Below are positions 29,967 through 37,712 of a stretch of 64,000 nt of DNA, piece by piece; position 1 is the stretch's first letter; the number at the start of each line of letters is the position of its first letter. Below the pieces are notes generated by a model, which was not told where the DNA came from, ran no database searches, and saw nothing but the letters and a program-made list of their open reading frames with translations. The stretch lies in sequence record PP989839.1; one strand, 5' to 3'. Position numbers and translations under genes: made by a program. This stretch comes from Escherichia phage VTCCBPA_322.

Positions 29967-30094
29967 TGGTTCCAGGAGAAGGAATCGAACCTCCAAGTCA
30001 GGCCGTGAACCCTGACTATATCACCTACACTTAGTAGGCTTACTCTAACTGCTGCGCATTACATTAAAGCTATACCTAGTGTTGATATCCTGGA
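29967..30094 (-). ncRNA. tRNA-like RNA, about 128 nt, with perfect acceptor stem, canonical T-arm and encoded CCA
   Basis: minus strand 5'-TCCAGGA...GGAGG-TTCGATT-CCTTC-TCCTGGA-A-CCA-3'; 7/7 acceptor pairing; 7-bp variable-arm-like hairpin AGTCAGG/CCTGACT abutting T-arm; separated from next element by AT. Confidence 0.45.
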
Positions 30095-31130
30095 ATTGGA
30101 GTTGCCAGGGATTCCACCTGGCTCCATCTGTTTTTATAGTCACTCAGATATCGTCTGGACTCTTTACTGTGGGCTGTACCGACTACTTAGAATAACTACG
30201 GCAAAGATTATTCCACAGCTTACATTGATGGTACAACCCATCAAAGAGTACACTAGCACTGGGCCACGCATAAGTGGGCATCGGCCTTCCTCCCACAGCT
30301 AATCTACTAATGTACTCATTGATAGGATGTCATAATAGGAGGGAGGGGACGAATCCTCCCTTTATACCCTATGTTGCATGTAAGACCTAACATCTCGATG
30401 TTGTATAAATAGCGTAATGAACTATCCGACATTATTGGTTAATGTTGTGCTCAACATGAGCGTTAGTTGATAAGGGATCTGAAGCCTTATCCTAAAGATT
30501 CTAACCTTTGGGATATAGCCTAAGATTCAGAAATGGCCCCTATAGGGAGAGGCCATTGATTAACCCGAATGTTGCTTTACATTTTCTGTAATAACCAATT
30601 CTTAAAATAGTCTGTCTGACGGATGGGGGGCCACCCCTAGCGTCAGTGCCATACGGCAAAGATTAAGTTAAGAAAGGTTATGATAGGAGTTCCTATCTCA
30701 AAGGATTCTAACAGAACCCTTCACGATATTAACTACTCTTTTTTAATGCCTTTACTTCACCATCTTTATACCAAGCATACGGTATTAAGATTTTGCATCC
30801 TTCCGAATCAATGTGGAATGCTTTTTTTCCTTCAGCAGGTTCTCCACCCACGAAAGAACTAACCTTTCCATTGAGCCAGTGAATAGTAAATTTGTTCATG
30901 CTAACCCCGTTTGAACCAATCCCCTTCGGAGAGTATTAAAGGGGACTGGTTCGGTTGTTGTTATTCTGGCGGCTTGTCACCACCGTGTTTACCACTGCAT
31001 TTCCACAGGATAATGACAGTGATGATAAAAGCTATGTATGGAGCCGACACGTCTATAATTCTGACCAGTAGTAGCATCAGGACTATAAACACTACCACAC
31101 CTAGCAGCAGCTTCTGAGCCACCTACCAGA

Positions 31131-31574
31131 TTAACTACGTTTAAGGCCAGCGAACAGTGAAGGCTTAGTAGCAGGTTTCTCTGCCGGTTCTTCAGCCTTA
31201 ACTTCTTCCTGCACAACTTCTTCTTGTGCTTCTGGTTCAGCTACTGCTTCTTCTTCAGGTTCCGGCGTAGAACTCTCGTTCTGACCACCAGTAGAGGTCT
31301 GGATTTCTTCTTCCTTTACCTCTTCAACCACTTCTTCCGGTTCCGGTTCTACCGGACGGTGTTTGGCTTCCTGCGGGTTCTTACGAGAACGACGTGTCTT
31401 CTTCTCTACCAAGGGTGGAGTATCATCGTTATGACTTACCTCTTCGTTAATACCAATGGAGGCTGTGCCATCTGCATTTACAACAATGCTGGCTTCCCCT
31501 GGATAATTAACTTGTTCATCTACGTATGCCTGAATAGCTGCTTCTACTTCAGCTTGGTTCAAAGTGATTTGCAT
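31131..31574 (-). CDS. highly acidic protein with SSB-like C-terminal tail motif
   Basis: ATG at 31574; 147 aa, Glu/Pro-rich; C-terminus KPSLFAGLKRS resembles C-terminus of adjacent SSB-like protein (KSLFGKR). Confidence 0.5.
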   Translation of the reverse strand: MQITLNQAEVEAAIQAYVDEQVNYPGEASIVVNADGTASIGINEEVSHNDDTPPLVEKKTRRSRKNPQEAKHRPVEPEPEEVVEEVKEEEIQTSTGGQNESSTPEPEEEAVAEPEAQEEVVQEEVKAEEPAEKPATKPSLFAGLKRS

Positions 31575-31575
31575 G

Positions 31576-32130
31576 TTACGCCTTTATTAAATTAAGAAGG
31601 TTTTGGAAAGCTGGGAGATTTACACCAGCATGGATTGCACCGATTGCATCTGCTAAGTGCTCATTCTTATTCAGAAGTTTGCCTTTCTTATCAGTGAGCC
31701 AGTTGGCTTCAGGATAGATAGCATGAGCAGCACGAATCATCGTGTCCTTAGATGCAGTTTTATCACCGACCAGTGCAAGTTTGTTTTCAATTGGGGATAC
31801 TTCAAAGATTGGACAACCCAACGCACGAAATGCACCAATTAATCCTACGCATACGCCATAGGATTTCATACCGTTAGCAGACTGAGAGCCTACCGGTACT
31901 TCTACGAATACTGCTTTAGCAGACCGTAACCATTCCTCACAACCAAGAAACAAATCGTGAGCGGCTTGTATATCTTTGGAGTTGGTTCGAACTTGTTTGT
32001 TGTGGTCAACTTCAGTTTGAACCAGTTTAAGTTCGACCTGCTCGAAGACGCCGGAATCAATGTCCAGCATCCCACGAGCTAAACCCCAATTGCGGAGACT
32101 AATATCTGCACCAACAATTGGGATTTTCAT
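31576..32130 (-). CDS. RuvC-like Holliday junction resolvase
   Basis: 184 aa; N-terminal IVGADIS (RuvC-type first acidic motif) and C-terminal HLADAIGAIHAG; start overlaps SSB stop (TAATG). Confidence 0.5.
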   Translation of the reverse strand: MKIPIVGADISLRNWGLARGMLDIDSGVFEQVELKLVQTEVDHNKQVRTNSKDIQAAHDLFLGCEEWLRSAKAVFVEVPVGSQSANGMKSYGVCVGLIGAFRALGCPIFEVSPIENKLALVGDKTASKDTMIRAAHAIYPEANWLTDKKGKLLNKNEHLADAIGAIHAGVNLPAFQNLLNLIKA

Positions 32131-32927
32131 TAACGTTTACCGAACAGTGATTTACCACCAGCAGGAGCAGTACCCGTGCCAGCACCCGGTTTAGGAGGCA
32201 AGCCTGATTTACCAGTACCACCGGCAGAACTCTTAGTCTTGTCACGAGTTTTGCCTTTGTTCTTTTCCAACCATGCTGCATAGAATACAGCCAGTTCCGG
32301 GGTCAGTTCTTTCTCAGCCTTCTCTGCTTCCTGAGCCTCGACGACTGTGACCAGCAGTTCCGGGTGAAACACTTTCTGAATCTCGTTTACTTCACGAGTT
32401 TCGCCAGAGTCAACGTAACCGTTGTCTCCTTTGACTTGTTTGGATTCCAGAACTTTTTCCAGAGCGAAGGTAACAGTCTGACCAACCAGCTCAACTGGAA
32501 CCATGACAGACTTATTGACTTCTGCTTTAGCATCGAAGTCATAGACTTTGACAATCTTCTCTTCGAAGTCTGCTTCAGGCAGTTCAGTACCGGTTGCCAT
32601 CAGCATCATGTCATTAATGACGGTATAACCAGGCAAGAAGTATTCTTTACCATTCTTCTCGTAAGTAGGCTTATTGCCTTTAGCATTACCAGAAGTGAAG
32701 TACACCTGAGCACGGAACTCACCAGCAGGCACACCATCTGAGTTTTTCAGGTCTTCAATAATTAACTGCATCCAGTCTGCACCGGAGTCAGCTTTACCTA
32801 CGTAAGCTACTTTGACATCGCCCGTGTAGATATCAGTCTCTTTTGCACCGAATCCACCACCACCAAGGGTGTCTTTTACAGCTTCAACGTTTTTGGTTTT
32901 TTCTTTCAAGTTACTGAACAGTGACAT
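32130..32927 (-). CDS. single-stranded DNA-binding protein (N4 gp45-like)
   Basis: 265 aa with AGGAAA RBS; Gly-rich flexible C-terminal tail ending SLFGKR; size and position match N4-type SSB; assignment by synteny. Confidence 0.55.
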   Translation of the reverse strand: MSLFSNLKEKTKNVEAVKDTLGGGGFGAKETDIYTGDVKVAYVGKADSGADWMQLIIEDLKNSDGVPAGEFRAQVYFTSGNAKGNKPTYEKNGKEYFLPGYTVINDMMLMATGTELPEADFEEKIVKVYDFDAKAEVNKSVMVPVELVGQTVTFALEKVLESKQVKGDNGYVDSGETREVNEIQKVFHPELLVTVVEAQEAEKAEKELTPELAVFYAAWLEKNKGKTRDKTKSSAGGTGKSGLPPKPGAGTGTAPAGGKSLFGKR

Positions 32928-32967
32928 AATATTTTTCCTAATAAGTGATTAACAACCAGGCAAACGC

Positions 32968-33720
32968 TTAAGCGTAGTATTCAGCCAGATGGTCTAAGAG
33001 TTTCTGGGCATCGTTATCAATGTAAGTCTCGGACTTATCGAACATACCCATTGGAGAACGTAGACGTTTACCAACAGACTTCTTAGTTGGGCGAGTCTGG
33101 AATACGTGCTTATACCCTAAGTCACGTTCTTCTTCGGTAATTTCAAGCATCTTGTTGCCATATTTCTCCAGTTCTTTAATGTCTACACGCTCTGCGTAAA
33201 CCACTGTAGAGAAGTAAGCCTCAAGACCATTGTTCTTCAGAGAGCCTTTCACTGGGATGAATGTTTTGATCACACCAGCAGCTTCGTCGAGTTCATCTTT
33301 GGCATGAGCAGTAATGATTACTGGCTTACCAAACTTAACAACTTTCTGTTGCAGCAGTATTTTAAAGAACTGTGCAAAATCCCCCCATGCCTTCTGAGTA
33401 TTAGCAGACGGCAGTACATACTGGGATTCCAGCATATCCATCATGAAGGTAGCGGAGTCGATAATGATACCATCAACATCGTCTGCCATTTCTCCACCTG
33501 GAGATGCAACATCAAATGCTTCCCAAATCTGGTATGGGTCTTCAATGTTGTAGGTATTAAACTTGTTACGGAAAGGTAGACGTTTACCTGCTTCTGTATT
33601 CAGATAGAGCCAGCGTTCCTGGTTCCGGATGTTACGCAGTGATGCTGATTTACCACTCGCTGAGAATCCTGCAATCAGGATTAGCTGAGTGTTCATATCA
33701 TTGGAGATTTCTTCGGACAT
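32968..33720 (-). CDS. P-loop NTPase (RecA-like / AAA_24-type ATPase)
   Basis: Walker A GFSASGKS near N-terminus, Walker B-like GIIIDSA; 250 aa; GAGGAAA RBS. Confidence 0.55.
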   Translation of the reverse strand: MSEEISNDMNTQLILIAGFSASGKSASLRNIRNQERWLYLNTEAGKRLPFRNKFNTYNIEDPYQIWEAFDVASPGGEMADDVDGIIIDSATFMMDMLESQYVLPSANTQKAWGDFAQFFKILLQQKVVKFGKPVIITAHAKDELDEAAGVIKTFIPVKGSLKNNGLEAYFSTVVYAERVDIKELEKYGNKMLEITEEERDLGYKHVFQTRPTKKSVGKRLRSPMGMFDKSETYIDNDAQKLLDHLAEYYA

Positions 33721-33776
33721 TATTTTTCCTCGTTTAATTTAGGAGTCCTTCAAACCAAAGAAAGACTCCTGTTTAC

Positions 33777-35930
33777 TTATTTACCAGCGTAGCGTTTAGC
33801 CACGGTGACCATTACGGTTGCATTCAATTCATCATCTGGTAATGGATTAGCCAGTTTCTTATTGAATGTGTGGACGGCTTGCTGTACTTGAGCAAAGTCC
33901 CAACCACTATCAACCAATGCCAGTGCGTACTTAATCATTTGATTATTACGATTACCGGAGGCAATACGACTAGCGAACCAACGCTCCAGATTATCCAACG
34001 ACTGTACTTCCTTCATCTGGTTCTGGAACTGCTCGTTCTTACTAGTACGAGGAATAAAGTCACGCACATCTAACAGATTCGCATCGAGATTATAATGATA
34101 AGAACCAGTCTCGCAGGACATCCACTTCTTGGCTCGTTGATTAGCTGACTCATCCGTTTCGAATGGTAGCCAAGCCATAACATTATTCATGAACTCTTTA
34201 TATTCCTCAGTATCGAGGTGTAACTCATAGTTCATTGGAATAATCAGACGGAAGCGGTTCTCTTCATCAGTATGACGCTTGGTGGTATAGGTCATGAACT
34301 TATATTCCTTCATCAGTTCATGGCACGTATGCAGTGGTACTCCACCATCACAATCAATAACAATCATGTTAAATCCTGGAATAACGTTCTCTTCAGAACG
34401 ATGCCCATTCTTCATGTGATGGTTTACCCAGTGCATACCGGGAGCTTGGGTTAATACATGCAACTGGTCGAACGGTACACGCTCACCAATGTAGTCATAA
34501 GCAAAGCTATCACTATACGCCACAATCATCTCATTGATGTCTGTCTCTTTAAGAGTTTCACCACGGAAGAACTCAATACCCTCATTGAAGGTCTTCTTAA
34601 TGATGATGTGCTGTTTGTAACCCCATGCAGTAGCAAGAGTCATCATCTCATTACGAGCTGCATTGCCACTCTTATAGAATGGCAAAGACTCCAGTAAGTC
34701 AGCATGAGTTACTTCTTTACCTACAGAGGCAATGTACTTAGCCAGCTTCACATAGGCTTTTTCACGATTGAGGATTGTCTGGAATGCTGCTCCAGATTCC
34801 TCTACAAGCAGAATTGCTTGTTTAAGGTGAGCCATCTCAATGAATGAACTCTGGTCAACAAACGCCAGTGCACCTGCCAGCTTAAGAGCTTTGAAGTAGC
34901 GGTGGGAGATTTCAGCCTTACGAATTTCTTCGTGGTCAGCCATAGCCTCTGCTTGTTTCTCACAATCAATCTTGTAAGTAATAAGAGCAATGCCCACAGC
35001 ATCTTCCACAATCATCTTAAAGCCAAACAAGTTTGGGTCAGCCAGACTATGGAAGTGGTTAGCCCATTTACCAAGAGACTGTACGTTATCCTGTTTAATC
35101 AGGTTACGGTAGATTTCTTCCGGAGTCAGTGTTGCATGTGCTCGTTTGTCTAAATGCCCTATGGCAAACAGACAACGACGTGCATACCCTGTATCAAGGA
35201 AATCATAGAACTGGTCTTCAGTCTGTCCACCATCCAGCAGCTTACTCGGAGTACCGAACAGCAGCAGGTTAGTTGGAGTCTTACCATCCAGTTCTTCGCC
35301 ACGAACGCTTTCAGCAGTATTCTTGGTCAGCTTCTGCTTAACCTTGCCCTGGTCATATAGCTCCAGGAACAAGGTTAATACATCAGAGTTAGCCAGCAGA
35401 TTTGAACCAATTTCATCAATCTGAAGGTTAATAGAACCACAGCCAGCCATTAACAGCTTATGGCGTAGTTGTTTAACTGCTGGTGGAGTACCTGAGTCAA
35501 ACGTAAACGGATATGCTCCAGCACGTTTATATTCTGCTTCAACTTTATCAAACTCTTCCTGCTGGTCAGTGCCCTGACGTGCAGAACGTTCGTTAGCAAT
35601 CTTCCATAGACGGTCATTTGCAATGACGGGCATGGTGTCTTCCATAAAACGCTTACGGAAGCCAGTCATGAACCCGTCTTCGATGATATTTACTGAGTGA
35701 CCTTTACCGAAACCAGATGTAGCCAACGCTATAGCGTAGATGTTTACCGGCAGGTCACCACGGTCTTTAGTTACGATGGTTGCACCCATGCAGGATGCCA
35801 TTTTAGCCAAGAAGTAGGCTACTTCGACACGGAAGAATCCCCGGTCATTGTTCTGGGTTTTATTGCAGAGCACATCTACGATTTCTTCAATCGCCGGATG
35901 ATGCACTACTCCGGTAAGGTCAATACTCAT
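33777..35930 (-). CDS. DNA primase, primase-polymerase (AEP)-like (N4 gp43-like)
   Basis: 717 aa from ATG 35930 (track start 35987 is TTG); hhhDxD-type motif NMIVIDCDGG; degenerate P-loop SGFGKGHS; start overlaps upstream stop (ATGA). Confidence 0.5.
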   Translation of the reverse strand: MSIDLTGVVHHPAIEEIVDVLCNKTQNNDRGFFRVEVAYFLAKMASCMGATIVTKDRGDLPVNIYAIALATSGFGKGHSVNIIEDGFMTGFRKRFMEDTMPVIANDRLWKIANERSARQGTDQQEEFDKVEAEYKRAGAYPFTFDSGTPPAVKQLRHKLLMAGCGSINLQIDEIGSNLLANSDVLTLFLELYDQGKVKQKLTKNTAESVRGEELDGKTPTNLLLFGTPSKLLDGGQTEDQFYDFLDTGYARRCLFAIGHLDKRAHATLTPEEIYRNLIKQDNVQSLGKWANHFHSLADPNLFGFKMIVEDAVGIALITYKIDCEKQAEAMADHEEIRKAEISHRYFKALKLAGALAFVDQSSFIEMAHLKQAILLVEESGAAFQTILNREKAYVKLAKYIASVGKEVTHADLLESLPFYKSGNAARNEMMTLATAWGYKQHIIIKKTFNEGIEFFRGETLKETDINEMIVAYSDSFAYDYIGERVPFDQLHVLTQAPGMHWVNHHMKNGHRSEENVIPGFNMIVIDCDGGVPLHTCHELMKEYKFMTYTTKRHTDEENRFRLIIPMNYELHLDTEEYKEFMNNVMAWLPFETDESANQRAKKWMSCETGSYHYNLDANLLDVRDFIPRTSKNEQFQNQMKEVQSLDNLERWFASRIASGNRNNQMIKYALALVDSGWDFAQVQQAVHTFNKKLANPLPDDELNATVMVTVAKRYAGK

Positions 35931-36907
35931 GATGGAAAATATCTCTCTCTTTGTTTGCAAATGGTAGCGACAGGGCAGTATAAACAACGCTTAACCTGCC
36001 CCTCCACGACCTTGATAGCACCTTTGCCACCTTTTTCAGCCATGAAGATACGAGCAGATGCCATATCGTCAAAGTTTTTGGTACTTCTGGCTCCGGGTAC
36101 ATCTACCTTAGAAGCGTCAGAGAAGTATTTGAACTGTGGCTCTGTTCGCCACAACTCCTCATCAGTACATTCAGGAATTTCCTCTTCAGGAGCATCCCAG
36201 TACTTTTCAATGAGGTGAATCTTCTCTTCTACCCAACGTTCAGTCTTCTCGACAGATAGCAGCGGAATATCCTTATGCATAATACGATTAGCAGGATAGT
36301 TCGGGTTGCTACTAGCCATGTGCTTCATGAAGTCAGTGAAGATGTAGTTAATACGAATTACATCCTCAGTAATGATGTCGTTGTGAATCCAACGGTACAA
36401 GCTGCCTTGCATCTTGTGTTCATCATCACGGGAACCAGCAACCCAAGAATAGGTTGAGGTAGACTTAAAGTCTTGCAACAGACCTTCAGTTACGATGTCG
36501 AACTTACCACCGATAGTCCAACCCTTAACTACTCTGGTTCCACGTTGTTCAATGTAGATTGGGATAAGGTCAGGGTTAGCATCAAAGTCTGCTTTGGTTG
36601 GGTTAATGACTACTGCATCAATTACTCGCTGAGGATAACCCAACTTTTTCAATGCAGTCTTATGGCCTAACTTCCAGGCTTTCTCAATAGAATCGTGTAA
36701 GCCAGTACCCATTGATGTGGAGACGAAATCCATAACATCAATGGATTGTTCACTGAGATCTACGCGATGCTTCATGACGATTTGCTTAATGGGTTTAAGC
36801 AATGTAGTAGCAGACAAGTACTTAGGATTGTCTACATAATCATACTCGTCATGCAATAGCCATACAGCCAAAGCCAGCGAGACATCATGGTTGTTGGTTA
36901 TCTTCAT
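35927..36907 (-). CDS. PD-(D/E)xK family nuclease with C-terminal Cys cluster (RecB/Cas4-like exonuclease)
   Basis: 326 aa; C-terminal KRCLYCPVATICKQRERY with three Cys; overlapping start/stop with flanking genes. Confidence 0.45.
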   Translation of the reverse strand: MKITNNHDVSLALAVWLLHDEYDYVDNPKYLSATTLLKPIKQIVMKHRVDLSEQSIDVMDFVSTSMGTGLHDSIEKAWKLGHKTALKKLGYPQRVIDAVVINPTKADFDANPDLIPIYIEQRGTRVVKGWTIGGKFDIVTEGLLQDFKSTSTYSWVAGSRDDEHKMQGSLYRWIHNDIITEDVIRINYIFTDFMKHMASSNPNYPANRIMHKDIPLLSVEKTERWVEEKIHLIEKYWDAPEEEIPECTDEELWRTEPQFKYFSDASKVDVPGARSTKNFDDMASARIFMAEKGGKGAIKVVEGQVKRCLYCPVATICKQRERYFPS

Positions 36908-37407
36908 CAGTAGTTAATCCTGTATTTAAGTACACGGTTCCACTGTATTTCACGTAAATTTGAATAGGAGTAAATATACTTCCTATCCAGTTCCGTCTTA
37001 TAAACAACTTCAATGGAAGTAAACTTTTTGGTGAAGTACGGATGGCCACTACCTAAGTAATGCCAGCATCCACCAATAGTAGATATGTCTGGCGGAGTCT
37101 CTGTACCTTTTTCTTTAGCTACTTCTTCACTCTCCTTAGCAAATAAAAGCGCTTTAGCTAATAGTCGGTTTGAGTAGTGAACTAACTTCTCGCAGTCATA
37201 CACTGGAGTATTTCCAGGTTTACCATTACCCATACGGGCAGCAGCATTTCGCCATAGAGCTTTAAAGGCACAACCTTCATCGAAGGTCATGCCCAGTGCC
37301 TGGATAATATCCTCGCACTCTGCTTGGTATGGCTCTTGCTCTTTCCGTTGGGGGTTCTTAACTGGTACTACATACCAGTTATTCAATCCACCGGAGAGCT
37401 TAGTCAT
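36907..37407 (-). CDS. hypothetical protein
   Basis: 166 aa; ATGA overlap with upstream gene. Confidence 0.5.
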   Translation of the reverse strand: MTKLSGGLNNWYVVPVKNPQRKEQEPYQAECEDIIQALGMTFDEGCAFKALWRNAAARMGNGKPGNTPVYDCEKLVHYSNRLLAKALLFAKESEEVAKEKGTETPPDISTIGGCWHYLGSGHPYFTKKFTSIEVVYKTELDRKYIYSYSNLREIQWNRVLKYRINY

Positions 37408-37712
37408 TATTCCCCCTTGGGAATCATGTTTGCCTGGAACTCTGGTTCAGACATCAGACCCAGGTTGTTAATAGACAGATAAACGATGTCTTTCAAATCA
37501 ACCGAAGTGTCGAAACGCTGGTCCAGACTAATCTTCAGGGAGTGATTGGCACGGGCCAAGTCTTTATAGGTCACATGAGGCTCGTCAGTGAGCAGCATTG
37601 TGTTCATGGTAAGCAGGGAGCCATCATCAGCTTTGGGAAGCTGGAAAATTACCTGTGCTGCCACCATCCAATGATATTTTCTGACAACGGTTTCTTTAGT
37701 ACTTTTAGTCAT
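37407..37712 (-). CDS. hypothetical protein
   Basis: 101 aa; ATGA overlap with DNA polymerase gene. Confidence 0.5.
   Translation of the reverse strand: MTKSTKETVVRKYHWMVAAQVIFQLPKADDGSLLTMNTMLLTDEPHVTYKDLARANHSLKISLDQRFDTSVDLKDIVYLSINNLGLMSEPEFQANMIPKGE

Larger units (their letters stand above)
28969..31130 (-). other. 2.2 kb ORF-free, hairpin-rich region containing tRNA-like elements; likely structured non-coding RNA locus
   Basis: no ORF of 60 aa or more with RBS on either strand; many local stem-loops (e.g. 29109-29124, 29546-29561, 30470-30495, 30527-30553, 30617-30652); bounded by gene 31131-31574 and terminator 28931-28968. Confidence 0.6.

Noticed and set aside
30095-30130. Possible fourth tRNA-like element upstream of the tandem pair (hairpin CCAGG-TGGAATC-CCTGG)
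   Set aside because: Loop does not match T-loop consensus, no complementary 5' acceptor strand found upstream, and no CCA in register
30339-30362. Plus-strand tRNA T-arm candidate GGGAGG-GGACGAAT-CCTCCC
   Set aside because: Loop is 8 nt rather than 7, no acceptor-stem partner within 100 nt; treated as a generic hairpin
30911-31216. ORFs 30911-31117 (+) and 30989-31216 (-) in the non-coding region
   Set aside because: No RBS; the minus ORF start overlaps the 3' end of the acidic-protein gene; the plus ORF is antisense within a minus-strand transcription unit
35697-36218. 173-aa plus-strand ORF spanning the primase/nuclease junction
   Set aside because: Antisense to two well-supported minus-strand genes with overlapping start/stop
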